DNA of 64,000 bases, taken from NCBI RefSeq assembly GCF_009914755.1, contig NC_060940.1; one strand, 5' to 3'. The position numbers and the translations under genes are program-made. This stretch comes from the human T2T-CHM13v2.0 reference genome, Homo sapiens. Positions 30,075 to 47,640 of the stretch are shown here, one piece after another (the stretch's first letter is position 1; each line of letters opens with the position of its first letter). The notes beneath the pieces are model-generated. The model searched no databases. It had not been told where the DNA came from and saw nothing but the letters and a program-made list of their open reading frames with translations.

Positions 30075-30240
30075 AAGTGCTCCTCAACTCTGAGGCCCAT
30101 TGGAATCACCTAGAGAGCTACGAATTACCCTGGAGTTGTATCCATACCCACAACATCAGACTCCAGTGGGGCAGGCTGTACATCTGCTTTTTACTCTCCC
30201 CGGGTGATTCCAACATGAATCTGAAATTGAAAACCACTAT
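30075..30240. mobile_element. MER5B-like fragment
   Basis: 'gtgctcctcaac...ggaatcacctagagagct...ctccccgggtgattccaa...ttgaaaaccact'. Confidence 0.65.
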
Positions 30241-30355
30241 AAACGCCTCATGCTCAAAGGATCTCACAACTGCCCACTGCACACTGCCCTCCCCAACAAA
30301 CTTTACTATTTTTACTGTAATAGCCCACATTGGACAGTTCCCAAAGTACTAACTA

Positions 30356-30899
<544 letters not shown>

Positions 30900-31569
30900 C
30901 TGCGGAGCTATCTTTTCTGTGAACTTGGGGAGGACAGCGCAGCCTTGCTAACAATGGGAAGGAAAGAAGAAGTAGTGAAGGGAACTTATCATCACTGAGT
31001 TTCAACACCAAACACATACCAAGCAGATGTTTCACGAATAATGACAATAGCCACTACTTTCTGAGCACCAAACAATGGCTTACAACAGAACGGAACCCCT
31101 GAGTTATCTTACTTAACTCACATGGCAACTCTGAGTTCTTTGACTGTGTTTTCGCTTCATGCATAAGACAGCGGGGACAGCAAGGTTAGGTAACTAGGCC
31201 AAAGTCACAAGACTTGTACATGACAGATTTAGATTTTAGCCTATTCTGTTAAACTTCAAAGAGAAGGCTACCCCAACAGATTAATGATGCCAGCTCACAC
31301 CTCCTAAGCCTCACAGTACCTACCAGGCAGTGCTCTGAAGACCCGACAAGTAGAAACTTAATTCATTCCCATGAACTAGATAATATAATCATCATCGTCA
31401 TCATCATCATCTCCATTTTACATCCTGGGACGCTGAGACAGAGTGCTGCAGTGTCCTTTGAAGAATTTCATGCAGCTGAGATAGGGTTTTAACAAGGGGT
31501 TTAGATCCAGAATCTGGCTCACTCTCACCATACTCTCCTGCCTCTAATAGAGCAATGAGCAGAAAGGAT

Positions 31570-31965
31570 CGAATTCCAGCCTGCCTCAGGACCTCTGCAC
31601 ATGCTGCTCCTGATGATGTATATGTCTTCACTCTGGCCTCTTTGCCCTGCTAACTCTTTTTTACTCATTGGATCTCAGTTTATACTTCCATTGTCTAGGA
31701 CACCCTCCTAGCCCTGCCAACTCACTGACCAGATGAGTTATCTCCGTTAAACTCTCTCCTAGCTCCCCTTCATAGCATTTCACACTTTAAAAGAACCCAA
31801 CACTTGTGCAAGTGTTTGGTGACCATCAGTCTCCTCCTATAGACTATAGACTCCATGCAGACAGGAACTGTCTCTGCCTTGTGCAGTGCTGTATCTCCAG
31901 GCCCCTGGCATGATGTTTGGCACAAAGGGGGTGCTTGATGAAAGCTTGTGGCTGAATGCATGAAA
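31570..31965 (+). mobile_element. L2 3' fragment (MIR fragments at ~31020-31540)
   Basis: 'cctcaggacctctgcacatgctg'...'tagactatagactccatgcagacagg'. Confidence 0.7.
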
Positions 31966-32269
31966 CAGAGAACCTAAAGGCAAAACAGCAGCTGGTGCCA
32001 ATCCGGTCCATTTCCTCATCCCCAGAGAGGGACAGGGCCATCTGGCAGGTCCTAGCCAAATACCTCCATGGCAGGTCAGGGCTGCAGAGCTCTCCAGGCA
32101 AGCTGGCCATGGAGGCCATAAACCAACTCCTCAAAGCCATCTCTGCTTCATGGTGGCTGGTCTTTATCATTTTCCAATCAACACTGGTTGAGTTCTAATT
32201 GATTTTCTATGATATCCCTCTCCAGAAGGGAGAAAGGCTCTGTTTACTGGGGCAGTACGTAGAGGACAG

Positions 32270-32640
32270 GCCTATTCTTCCTGCTGTATTTAATGCTGCT
32301 GCTAATCACGGAGATTAGACTAAAACAATTACAACAGCTAATTAAAGAACAATGCGGTTTTTGGCATCTTCGCGCAGACGGCACCATTGGGAATTCCTAA
32401 CTCGGGCAAAGCAGGGATAATTAAAACCCCGGCTCCACTCTCCCCACTCCAGCAGCTGGATCACGCTGATTAAACTGCAAATAAAACACATGAAACCAAC
32501 ACTTTGTAGTCTATCCAATTTCACTTAAAAGGGCTTTTAACTGATTCATAAACAGAGAAGCGGTAAACAGCAAATTATTTAACTAAAGCCAGTTATTTCG
32601 TCATCACGGTTCACTTTATTCCCAGCTCCGGACTTGTACA
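32270..32640. promoter_or_regulatory. Candidate enhancer / conserved non-coding element
   Basis: Repeat-free; clustered TAATTA/TAATC homeobox and RTAAACA forkhead motifs; about 12 retained CpGs. Confidence 0.45.
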
Positions 32641-33427
32641 TGTAGCCCAGGGGACATTAGGTTGATGGGGCCTGAGGAATCACTCCAGAGCTTACTGCCA
32701 CTTGCTCCTGTTCACTGGCAACAGGACATCACCAGTGTGTAGCTGCTTTCTCTGGGTTTTTTCTCCTTTTGAAAAAAAAAGATCAGGTAGTGCCCAAGTC
32801 CCCAGATGAATATGCCCAGGTCTGATCAGACTCTGCTCTCGATTCTAGGTCAAGAGCAGATGGCAGAGACACAGAAAGTTCCGAAGCGCAGATAATACTA
32901 AAAGCATCATATGTAGCTTTAAAACATTTAACTTATTCAGAGCTGGCCAACTTCAGATCTAAAATGCAACCCGTATCTACTAAAGTATGAAACAGACTTG
33001 TTCTCAAGCTATGGGAAGACATGTCACAACAGCTGGGTAGAAAGCTCATTTGTTTTAGACAGGCACACTCTGAGACCCCAGCTCAGGTCCCATGCACACA
33101 TGCTTCCCAACTCATCTTAACAAGCATGGTCATGGGGATTGCTAATTCTCTCTCCACCTTGCCAATCCAGAGACAACAAGGGAAAAAAGTGAGAAATAAA
33201 AAGAAAAAGGTCAAGGGAAAAAGAAAAGGACAGAAGAGAAAAGGGAGAAAATGGTAACGCTAGAGACAGGCTCACTGGGAGCAGCAAGAAGGGACAGAAA
33301 AAGAAAAAAATACCACAAGAAAGCAGACACAGGGATTTTCAGAGCCCAGCATGACACATGCGGTGAGGACCTAGGAGCCAGCGCCTGTCCCTTTGCAGTG
33401 GCCAGGTATGATGGTCACGTTCCACAG

Positions 33428-33682
33428 CAGTGCTTCTCAAACCAGCTGTGGAGAAAGGCCTTTGTATGCCCAGTCTACTGCAGGGTGCTAATTTTGTAAA
33501 ATAAAACAAAAAAAGAAGCATTAAAAATAAAAGATTGACTTGCTTAGGTGCCATGCCATGTCCGGTTACTATAAAAGCTGCTGAAAGCTTGTCCTTCGTT
33601 TCTGAGCGCGTCTTCGTGCACACAGTGAGAAACCCTGGGGATGGCACTGGTCCATGGACCGACAACGCTCTGAGTAGTCCTT
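33428..33682. mobile_element. hAT-Charlie-type MITE (subfamily not determined)
   Basis: Left terminus cagtgcttctcaaac; degenerate right end ggtccatggacc...tctgagtagtcc. Confidence 0.55.
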
Positions 33683-34013
33683 TTTGAAAAGATCCCCCAC
33701 GGTCATTGGGAATAAACATAATCAGATTCATAGGATTCTATTTAATGTGCACCACATGTTTTTAGTGAACAAATGCAGGCTTTCAGACACACATAAATGT
33801 AGAAAACAAAGACCGGAAAGACATGCATCAAAGATTTTATTTCGGAATAATGATTTCACCGATCTTTCTTCTCTTTTTTTCAAGCTTTGTTATAAAATAC
33901 TCATGAAAGTTATTTTTAAATGAATATTCCATTTATGAAGGCAAAGAAAGACGATGCTTTATCATAACACGAGTTATAGCTATTTATATATAATTATGGA
34001 TGTTATTTATTTA

Positions 34014-34521
<508 letters not shown>

Positions 34522-34996
34522 CTAATATTAAATGGGATCTAAAAGGTTCCCATAAATAGAGGTTGAAATCAATTATGTAGAAAATACACATACACGGAAA
34601 AGAAGACTGGAAAAAAACATACAAAAAGCTGGCATGGCGATTTTATTTTTTCCTTCTTGGTCATTTTCCAAATTTCCAACCGTGGGAATATATTGCCTTA
34701 TGAGTGGGGGAAAAAATTCCATTCAAACATTTAATTCAGAGAAATTGCTAGCATTTTTGAGAGTCTTACCCTAATCTGGCTACTTACTCTGTGTCTATGT
34801 GTACTGGGAGAAAGAGGATAATGAGAAATTTAAATTCATAAGTATTAACTGTTAGATGATTATTAAATTAGCTCATCATTTCTAAGCATGAACTGGGCAG
34901 GAAGCATCATGTCTATGCAGGGGAAAGCCCCTATGTTCAGGAGGGACCTGAGATCCGTGTTCCGCTTGTCTGAATCTGCCATCCATTATCCTGATT

Positions 34997-35360
34997 GTTT
35001 TCAAACAGCTTTACTGAGGTATAACTGACATACAAAAAAAAGTGCATGTACTTAATGTATGCATTTTGAAGAGTCTGGATACATGCACAGACTCGTGACA
35101 CCATCACCACAATCAAGGTAACAGACATATCCGTCACCTCTAAAAGTCTCGTGTCCCCCTTTTTTGGTGGCAAGAACATTAACATGAGATCTACTCTCAA
35201 TACATTTTTAAGTATACAATGCAGTATTGTTAACTACAGGTGCTATGCTGTCCAGCAGATCTCCACAACTTACTCGTCTTGCAGAACTGAAACTTTATAC
35301 CAATTGGAAAATGCCTCCCCATTTTCCTCTCCCCCATCCCGTGGTAACCATTCTTTTATC
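34997..35360 (-). mobile_element. L1MB/MA-type 3' end
   Basis: 'cagctttactgaggtataactgaca'...'aacatgagatctactctc'...'aactgaaactttatacc'. Confidence 0.8.
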
Positions 35361-35551
35361 CATCCTCCTGTGATCTTGGGCAAGTAACTCCCTCTTTTTG
35401 GCTTCAGTTCTCCTACCTTTAAAATAAAGAATTTTGAAAGGTTGACCTCTAAGCTCCTTTTGCCTTTGGTATTCCATGCTCTTAGTCCATGATGGCTGGA
35501 ATAGACCCCCTAAGTCATGAGACCCAAGGCAAAATAAAAACACAGGACCTC

Positions 35552-35905
<354 letters not shown>

Positions 35906-36044
35906 TTAAGAATCTTAGGATGCTGACAACAGAAATTCAAACAAGTGCAGAGCCATGGAGCTGTGTGTGACTGCACAGGCCGCATGTCCATGAAGCCGAC
36001 CCTGCTGATGGCAGAAGGCCAAGGACAAACACCACCAACCAAAA

Positions 36045-36240
36045 TAAAAAATTCTCAGTTATACAATAGACAAGTTCTGAGGAGCTAATGGACAGCACGG
36101 GTGGGGAATGATGTGTTCATTCATTTGTGTAATGTCATCATCACACAATGTATGTGTATATCAAATCATCACACCTTGAACACATTGAATACATTCAACC
36201 TTTATATTCCAACTAAACGTTTTAAATTATTTTTTAAAAA
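36045..36240 (+). mobile_element. L1MA-type 3' end
   Basis: 'aagttctgaggagctaatggacagca'...'tatatcaaatcatcacaccttgaa'. Confidence 0.65.
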
Positions 36241-36358
36241 GTGTTTGAGAGGCCAAGCATGTATATTTAAGAATTATTCACAAAGTAGATAAAACACCTG
36301 TCAACAAAAACAGCCATACTCGGGTTGAATGATTAAAAACGAGCAACAACTTCCTTTT

Positions 36359-36689
<331 letters not shown>

Positions 36690-37272
36690 AACAACTGCCT
36701 TTTCATAATTGATCACAATCAGCTTCTATTTTATAACTACGTCTTGGAATAGGCCATTATGCTTGGATTTCACAGGCAAGTCTGCATTTTCCTCGTCTTA
36801 AATTCCATCGCGGTGAGCCAAACTCAGTCAACCTTTTCTGTGCTAACATCTGTGATCAAGATTAAAGTAACTAACAGCCAGCTCTGGCTCTTGAAGCATA
36901 ACTGGAGGATAAGATCAGGTATTTGCAAAGTGTGAGGCTCCAGCCACACTCCTCTGCTTCAAGGACTTGATGTTGCCTTGACTATCGTTACTCTGAACAC
37001 TGGGAGGAGAGGACCATCATGGAGGGAGAAATTGAGTCCACCTCCCTCCTTTGAATTAATTGCAGGAGTAAACAACCACAGACCACGTAACCTCCCTTTC
37101 ACAGAGCTCGGCTGTACAGAACAGCCTAGAATAGTAGGGAGAGACAGGTGCCCCGGGTTTACCACCAGAGCCTATTTTTCTCTGTATTCATTTCTAATGA
37201 ATGAGATTATTTCTAGGGTTGAGAAGCAGGGCCAGCTGATTGTCACAATCAGGCATATTAAAAGCCATGATA

Positions 37273-37634
<362 letters not shown>

Positions 37635-38027
37635 TTATCAAAAAAGAGGCAGATTTTTATTTTTTAAAGGGACTCCAGGGTCACTGAGTGAAGAGCTACA
37701 GCATTTTTGATGCCCGTGCGCAACCATCAGTGCTTTTAGCAGAATCTAAAACCTAGTGCTTGAAATGATGGCTGGATTCTTCAAGGAAGGCTTCACACAC
37801 ATTCAGCGTACTCTATTTGAGAAGGCAGGAAAATAAATGGGTGATAGAGTTTAGAAAAATTCCTTAAAAGTAAAGCTTAACTCTCCAGAAATGAGGCTCC
37901 CAAAGCCTCCAAAACGCTCCAGATGGCTGAAGTTTTGCTGGAGGTATGCGTGTGTGCATGTTCACATTTTGTAGCATTTCTATGTACTGCTTTTAAAAAT
38001 CCATCCTTATCACAGGCCTTCTTAGAA

Positions 38028-38250
38028 CAGTGGTTTGCAAACTTTTTCAGTAAAGGGTCAGACAGTTAAGATTTTCAGTTTAGCAGGCCACGTGATCTCT
38101 CTCACAACGGCTCAGCTCTGCCGCTGTAGCTCAAAACAGACATAGACGAGTACGTAACAAATGGGCGAGGCTGTGTTCCAATAAAACTCCACTTACAAAA
38201 ACAGATGGCTGGCAGCATTTAGCCCATGAGCCGTAGTTTATCAAGCCCTG
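38028..38250. mobile_element. MER58A-type element (opposite orientation to the 12227 copy)
   Basis: cagtggtttgcaaactttttcagtaaagggtcagac...ggctgtgttccaataaaact...ccgtagttt. Confidence 0.85.
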
Positions 38251-38789
38251 CTCTGCCACAAGGAACATGGGCTCTGGACAGGGCAGGATCTGGATTCAAA
38301 TTATTTCAATCCACCACTCTGTAACCGTGAGACTCAGTTTCCCTCTTTTACCATGGGGGGATATAATACATTGCTGCGTAACTGTAAACATCAATTGGAA
38401 AACATAGTAGATATTTGATACATGTTAACGTCCTTATGCCAATAGTAAATCTTTTCATCTTGCTGGTTTTCTTAGTTCTTTATCTATACGGGTCTTCATC
38501 CACATGGTTCTTTTCAGTCAAAAATGGCCTTTCTCCAACATTATCTCATTGCCCCACCCTTTTCCCCTCTCATATTCCACAAGGCTGGTAGACAGACATC
38601 ACTAACTGCTCTACTGATAAGGAAATAAACACTCATGGAAGTAGTACTCCAGCCAGGGTAGGGAATTACGTGCTCCAAACCAGCAACCTGTGCCTCCGGG
38701 TCTGTTACTTGCACAAACATGGACACCCGTGAGTTTGTAGACATGCCCACTTGGAAATCTACACATGGACACAGAAGAGGCAGTTAACC

Positions 38790-39065
38790 ATCACAGGGAG
38801 GGGCACCAGGCTTGGATCCCACCTTGGTGACATACAGATTGTGTATCCCCAGGCAAGGTACCTGACCACACAGTCTGGGTTTCCTCATTTATGAAATGAG
38901 GCTAAAAATAGCATAGGTTCCAGAAGTTTCTACCTCAAAATGTTGAGCGTCTAACACCTAGCCCATAGTACATGTTCCATCAATAGCTGTTGAATGAACC
39001 AATGTGATGGTGAGGGTTAAATGAGAACAGTATTCATAGCCCCAGGATGCTCAATAAATGGTCAC
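38790..39065 (+). mobile_element. MIR with embedded L2 3' fragment
   Basis: 'gggtttcctcatttatgaaatgagg'...'gtgagggttaaatgagaa'. Confidence 0.6.
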
Positions 39066-39110
39066 AGCTCTGCTTAGTGACAAATCTATATGCACCACAT
39101 ATGGAGGTAG

Positions 39111-39113
<3 letters not shown>

Positions 39114-39145
<32 letters not shown>
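39114..39145. repeat. (CA)n microsatellite
   Basis: Read directly. Confidence 0.95.
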
Positions 39146-39146
<1 letters not shown>

Positions 39147-39512
39147 CTGTCAGCTCCACATGGGCAGGAGCCATATCTGACACAAAGCACTTGCTCATTA
39201 CAAAACTGTGTGTTCATTTATGAATATACAACACACTCGTGCGTATAAACAAATAAGTGCAAACAGCTGATAAACTGGGTTGGGCTCCCCAAGGTCCTTG
39301 CAATTCTCTCTCTACATCCACTCAACCCCCAGAAGGAGCAGAACAGGTTGATCCAGACCTCAGATGATGAAATTCTGCTGGCTGTTTACTGGATTCCAGA
39401 CCACCACCACCCATACATATCAAAGACCCGCATCGTTTCACTCCCTGGGCTGTGACTCCAGGGTCCCATAAGGTGACCCAGGCTAGAGGTGCCATAGAAA
39501 ATGTCCCTGCTG

Positions 39513-39836
<324 letters not shown>

Positions 39837-41245
39837 CTACTTAAGATGTAGAGGAGCAAGGGGCAGTGATATCCTCAATGCGCATATCAGGTGGCGTTTG
39901 AGCACCTGAGGAGTTTCAGGGACTGCTGCCCTTGAATTGCTGAGATGAGGTTCTACCTTTGAACAAAGATGGTCCGTGCATTTGGAAGGAAAGAGCTGAC
40001 AGATGTTCCACCGCCCTGCACAAAGGGAGGGCTTATGCTCAACCAGGTCCTGGCCATTCCCATGGGCAGAGCAGGCAGCCACTGGGCACTGCCAGCTTTT
40101 CCCAATATCTCCTCCGAGTCCCCACAGCCCCTTGGCTCTGTGCACAGGCGAGGCCGCCTCTAAAGCCAAGAAGGCAATGACCCAACTCTGGAGGAGGGGG
40201 AGATGACTCAAGCTACAGCACACAAGGCCTTCTCAGGGCCGCCTTGACCATGCCGGCCTCAATCCCAGGCAGTTGCCTTCACCACACCAAGGTAGAGTAC
40301 TCGGCACTTGGACAGTGGCGTCAGAACAAGGGTGGAGGCCATGTCCTCTCGGCATGACATCAACTAACAGCCTGGCTCCTTGGCCCTGAAAGAGAATGAG
40401 CCAATGTCTGCCTCTGGCCATGCAAAACCAATCCTCATTTAGTCTGTGGAAACAGTACATGGAAGGCCAGATGTAGCCTTTGGCTTGAAGAACTGAGTTT
40501 GCTCAACAGACACACGTTTTCCATTCAACACTCTTTCTGATTTGGTTGCGGTTGTACTGCTGTTGTTTAAAGGAGGGAGGGATTAAACCACCCTTTTTGA
40601 GAGGATAAATGTGTGGTGGGTCTGTATATGTTGATGACAGACAGATACACACACACATATGGTAGATGTTAACGAGCCCATTTTATTGATGGGCACACTG
40701 AGGATTGACCAGGTGAATGACTTATCTCAGATTGAGTCCACAGCCAGGACTCAAACCAAGATATAATTCCACTGTCCACTTTTCCCCACCACACTGTGGT
40801 ATAAGGCCTAAAATTAATATTATGTGCTGCCTTGACACCTGGGGAAAGCCAAGAGCATCTCATATGGCTTGAATGTAAGTTTCCCTAACTACTTTGCTTC
40901 CTCAAATAAGGTCCTCTAGCCAGACAGCCTCCTTTGTCTCAGCAAGACCAGGTACAGTGCCTGCCTATCCCTGGAGAGTGGGTTTCTGTTCCCTGCCAGC
41001 CTCTGGGATTATTTAAACAAGACAATCATATCCCCTTGTGGGACACAGGGATTATTGCATCTTCTTGCTTCTGCATAGCCTGCCTCCCATGGCCCCTGGA
41101 TGTTCACCCTGTCCCCAGATACAACCGTGTGGCCCTGCATGGTGCACAGCACCTGCTTCCCTGGGGCTGACTGTACGTGACACATAAACTGCTGTCCATC
41201 TGGTCTGTCCAGCTTTGGGTGTTATCCCCATAGGGTGGGAATCTA

Positions 41246-41643
<398 letters not shown>

Positions 41644-42194
41644 CTATTACAATTTCCACAGAATGATATTCCAAAGTCCCTCTCTAGAGGTCAGCTTGCA
41701 ACACACCTCCCCACAGGTGGACACTGGTCAGTTTTGGAAGAGACAGGAGCCAAGGACTCTGGCCTTCAGATAACTAAACCTCAAGTTCATTCCTAGACTG
41801 GCCATTTATAGTCATCCAGTAGATACTCCATCATTCCATTGTCACTCTTCCACCTGTCTGTCCGCAGGAGCTCCGAATTCTGCAACCTCCGCCTTTCCGT
41901 GTGTAGCTCAAGCAGAATCCAGAGAGGGCATGAGCAGTGGGTAACAAGGGCAGAGTGTTTGCAAACCCAGGAAGAGGTGACGGCACAGGCAATTAGAGGC
42001 AGAACCCTGATTAACTGAGCCCAACTAACCAGAACCATCAATTAACTCAAATCTTTTTTTTTTCTTCCCTCTCAGGAGACTGAGGCCAGGAATTGAGAAA
42101 ATCACAATTTAAAATGGAAAAAAAACTGTGTTCCGGGCTTTTCTCTGGCTCAACTCTGACCCAGGTCCATTTCCTTCATCCTCATTCAAGACAC

Positions 42195-42480
42195 ATGTAC
42201 AACTTCAAATTTTCTAGTAGCTGTGTTTTTTAAAAAAGTAAAAAGAAATTGATTAATCTATTTGATTTAACCAAATACATCCTAAATATTGTCATTTCAT
42301 CATGTGATCCATATGGAAAAAGTATCAAATCTAAACAAATATGAAAAAGCATTAAGGAGATGTTTTATATTCTTTTGTTTGAGCTAAGTTTTTCCTAGAG
42401 CACAGCTCAGTTGGAACTGGCTGCATTTCAAGTGCTCAGTAACCCTGTGTGGCTGGTGGCTACCATATGGGACAGCACAG
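42195..42480. mobile_element. MER33-type hAT-Charlie fragment
   Basis: 'aaattttctagtagc...aaaaagtaaaaagaaa'...'catttcaagtgctcagtaac...gtggctggtggctaccatatgggacagcacag'. Confidence 0.8.
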
Positions 42481-42531
42481 ATCTGGAGCTAAAGTGTGAA
42501 GTGATTGTTTAGAATGATGATTCTGGAGGGT

Positions 42532-43243
<712 letters not shown>

Positions 43244-43696
43244 CCGGGGCTTTAAAACAAATTGGTCACTAGTGAGTAACTGCGTGCTAAGTGTTTCCTC
43301 CCAACAGTGCCTCATGATTGACAAACTGGTCTTGGGCTTACACGGGTCTATGACGTCCTGGAGTACAGACTGCCAAGTCCCTTCTCTACAGCCAGGGCCT
43401 TTCTTCACAGGAAAGTGACTGCAGTAAGAGCCACCTGCCATGACCTCCACCCCATTAATTACCTCTTTGTCTGATTTGCAATATGCAAGCCTTCTCCATA
43501 CCTTCCACCTAAATGATGAATTCACACTTCAGACCAAAAAAAAAAAGGAAATTATTTGAAAAGGCCATTTTTCTACTAACCACCCAGGAATGTGTAGGTG
43601 TAGCATTTAATAGTGCCTACAAAGTCCCTCCCCGAGGGGACCTTGCAGTCTAGCAAGGACAGTGAGAAGTACACATTTAAAAAAAGATCTACTATT

Positions 43697-43920
<224 letters not shown>

Positions 43921-43952
43921 CTATTTATGGGTCCAATAAAAACTAGCTACTG

Positions 43953-44262
43953 GGCCAGGCGTGGTGGTTCACACCTATAATCCCAGCACTCTAGGAGGCT
44001 GAGGTGGGTGGATTGCTTGAAGCCAGGAGTTCGAAATGAGCCTGGCCAACATGGCATAACCCCATGTCTACTCAAAAATACAAAAATCAGCCGGGCATGG
44101 TGGCGGGTGCCTCTAATCCCAGCTACTCAGGAGGCTGAGGCACAAGACTCAACTGAACGCGGGGACGTTGCAGTGAGCTGAGATTGCGCCACTGCACCCA
44201 GCCTGGGCGACAGAGTGAGACTCTGTCTCAAAAAAACAAAAAAACAATAACAAACAAAAAAA
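43953..44262 (+). mobile_element. AluS
   Basis: TSD aaaaacta(g/c)ctactgg. Confidence 0.95.
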
Positions 44263-44442
44263 AAACTACCTACTGGCCACCTGGAACAAGGGTTAACCAA
44301 CATATGAGGCAGCCCCTTTTATTGGTGAGAAAACCGAGATCAGAAAAATGAATGAATTACTATCCACATGCTCCCACAGGAACTGCAGAAGAGCGCAGCC
44401 CAGAACACAGGAAGCCTTCCCATTTTAAAATCATTCATCGAG

Positions 44443-44722
44443 TGTAATCCCAGCACTTCGGGAGGCCAAGGCAGGCAGATCACCTGAGGTCAGGAGTTCA
44501 GGACCACCCTGACCAACATGGAGAAACCATATCTCTACTAAAAATACAAAATTAGCGGGGCATGGTGGCGGGCGCCTGTAATCAATCACAGCTACTCAGG
44601 AGGGTGAGGCAGGAGAATCGCTTTAACCCGGAAGGCAGAAGTTGCAGTGAGCCGAGATAGCGTCATTGCACTCTAGCCTGGGCAACGAGAGCAAAACTCC
44701 ATCTCAAAAAAAAAAAAAAAAA
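44443..44722 (+). mobile_element. 5'-truncated AluS
   Basis: TSD aaaatcattcat(c/t)gagt. Confidence 0.95.
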
Positions 44723-44984
44723 TCATTCATTGAGTAACTTTTCCATTTTTTGCCCTATCCATGTAATGTCTGTTGTTTTATTTATTTTTCAGGGCTCTTT
44801 AAATCAGCTCATCTATATTTTTACTTCAATGGCTTAATTTAAAAGGGAAACATTACTCCTAAATTAGTGGAAAAACTAGTATAATTTGCTATAAATGGAA
44901 GGTAACTAGAAAAATAAACAGAGAGCTATTAATTTCTATAAAGTCTGTGGAGTTATAGCTTAAAATCATCTTGTGAGTCACCAG

Positions 44985-45077
44985 TTTGCATGTGACACTT
45001 TGGAAAAGGCTGCAACAGAGAAGTTGAGACCTACGCTTTGCCTGGCTGGCTGGCAAGACTTTGTAAAGGAAGAAGAG
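44985..45077 (+). repeat. Local dispersed duplication B, probable donor
   Basis: Hand alignment to 47413-47507: about 6 mismatches plus a 3-nt indel. Confidence 0.95.
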
Positions 45078-46193
45078 GAAAGGTGTCCCAGGTGTGTGCA
45101 CAGCATGGAGAAACGTGCGGAGGTGGATGGAGGGCAGAGCGTGGAAGGCAGAGAGGAAACTGATACCTACCTGATTAAATCACCGAAGCACATTCAGTTC
45201 CGTGCCATGGATTTAACATGGACTAACACACTTTGGAAATACTTTCAAAGCAAGGTCTGCAACAATAGTGTTTTTGTAACTCCTAGTTAACAAGAAAAAC
45301 AACAGATCCAAGCCCCCACGGCGGTTCCCCAGTGTTTCCCAATACTGTCATCTGATTCTGTTTTCTGTCAGGGAAATAAAATATCCCATTTCCTCCATGA
45401 TGGTGAGTTCTGAATGCAGCTGTCCACGGTCAGGGGAGATGGAGAGGAAAGAAGCCAAAAAGCAGCAGGCAGGCAAAGGCCAGTGAGAAGATGTTGACTC
45501 TGGGGCCCCGTCCTTCACTACTGTGTGGTTGCGGGTGTGGGTATGGATGTGGATATGGATGCGTGTACAGATGCAGGTGTGGGTGTGCATGCATGTGTGT
45601 GAGAGAGAAAACCTCCTCCTCCTAGGCTCACCCCAGGCCATCAAAGAGACACACATACCTTGCAGAAAGTCAACTTCTACACTGGTTGGGGCAAGTCCAG
45701 CCCGTCCGAATCCCACAGGGAAGGGCCACCATGGCTTCTACCCCAGCCGAGCTGACATCCCCAAACACAGGGACTTTCGTATGTGTGTCCGACTGGCCTT
45801 GCTCCCTGCCAGTGGCTGCCTCTTCAGGGGCCAGAAACCCTGATCGTGTCAAGCAGTCCTAGAAAAAATGCTCACCCGCTTTCTCAGATGAAGTGCAGTA
45901 GGGCTCCCTGGCCTGCACAAGCCAGTGACCATTTTTTTAAAAGCCCTTGGAAAAGAAAGGCATATATTCTGCAACACAATATTTGGTGGACACTATCATA
46001 GCATTTTGTAAGATCGTATGTAACCCCAACTGTGGCTCTGAACAAAAAAATATTATTCAGCCCCAGAAAGGCATATAAATCCCTACAAAGTACAGGGTGG
46101 GTTTTTTGGGTTTTTTTAAGTGGTTAAATTCTCACAATTTTTTGCCTTTGTTCAGTGCAGGGAGACAGTGGTCTGCAAAGGTGGTAACACTGA

Positions 46194-46495
<302 letters not shown>

Positions 46496-46779
46496 TCCTG
46501 AGAACCTTTAATTGAACTTGCAGCATTGCAATTCAGCCCAAGCTCCTTGGGTGCAGGACTTCACGTTGCTAAATCCAGGGAAGCCTACCTTGGTTACCTG
46601 GGAAAATGGTGTGGGAGGTTCCTTAGATCTCTCCCTAGCCACCTGCTCCTTAAAAACATCACAAGAGGTTGTGGGACCACAAACCCTTGTCTCCGAGAAT
46701 TCCTTCTTCTCTCCAAACTTGCCCTATTCACACATTCCCGATCTTATTTTTTCCTGAGTCCTACTTTGTCTGTTCCACA

Positions 46780-47078
46780 TTTTTTCTTTTTCTTTTTTTT
46801 TTTTTTTGTGAGACAGAGTCTTGCTCTGTCACCCAGGCTGGAGCGCAGTGACGCCATCTCGGCTCACTCCAGCTTCTGTCTCCAGGGTTCAAGTGATTCT
46901 TCTCAGCCTCCCGAGTAGCTGTGATTACAGGCATGCGCCACCACGTCCGGCTAATTTTTGTATTTTTAGTAGAAACGGGGTTTCGCCATGTTGGCCAGGC
47001 TGGTCTTGAACTCCTGACCTCACCCACCTCGGCCTCCCAAAGTGCTGGGATTATAGGCGTGAGCCACCGCACCCGGCC
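46780..47078 (-). mobile_element. AluS within L2
   Basis: TSD gttc(c/t)acatttt. Confidence 0.95.
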
Positions 47079-47412
47079 CCCGTTCTACATTTTAATGGCC
47101 CTCAAATCTGTCCCCTCCTTTCCTTTCCCACTTTCCCTGTCCCAGTTCAGGCCTTTATCATAACTCCCCTGAACTGAATGTCCCCTTTTCTGATTCCTTG
47201 CCTCTAGGCTCACTTCTGCAATCCATTCCCCACGAAGCAGCCAGAGTGATCATCTCAAACTGATCTTGGACCATGCTCTTCTGCTCCTCAAACATCTTCA
47301 GTGGCTCCCCATTACCTACACGATACATCTGAAGCTCCCTGATGTGGTCTACAGTACCTGGGCCTGTGCCTGCCTTATCAGTCCCATCCCCTGCCAAGGC
47401 CTGCTCCTCTCT

Positions 47413-47507
47413 TTTACATCTGACACTTTGGAAAAGGCTGCAACAAAGGAGAAGTTGAAACCTACGCTTTGCCGGGCTGGCTGGAAAGACTTTATAAAGG
47501 AAGAGGA
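47413..47507 (+). repeat. Local dispersed duplication B, inserted copy
   Basis: Matches 44985-45077; sits inside L2. Confidence 0.95.
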
Positions 47508-47640
47508 GCCTTGTGCTCCATGAATATTGTATTTCTTGTGATTTTCTGACAAGGCTCAATATTTTCATCTCTGTTCTCTGTCGGGAATGGTCTTTCGTGT
47601 CCCCTTATCCTGGTCATTCGTGGCCTGCTCACATTCACCC

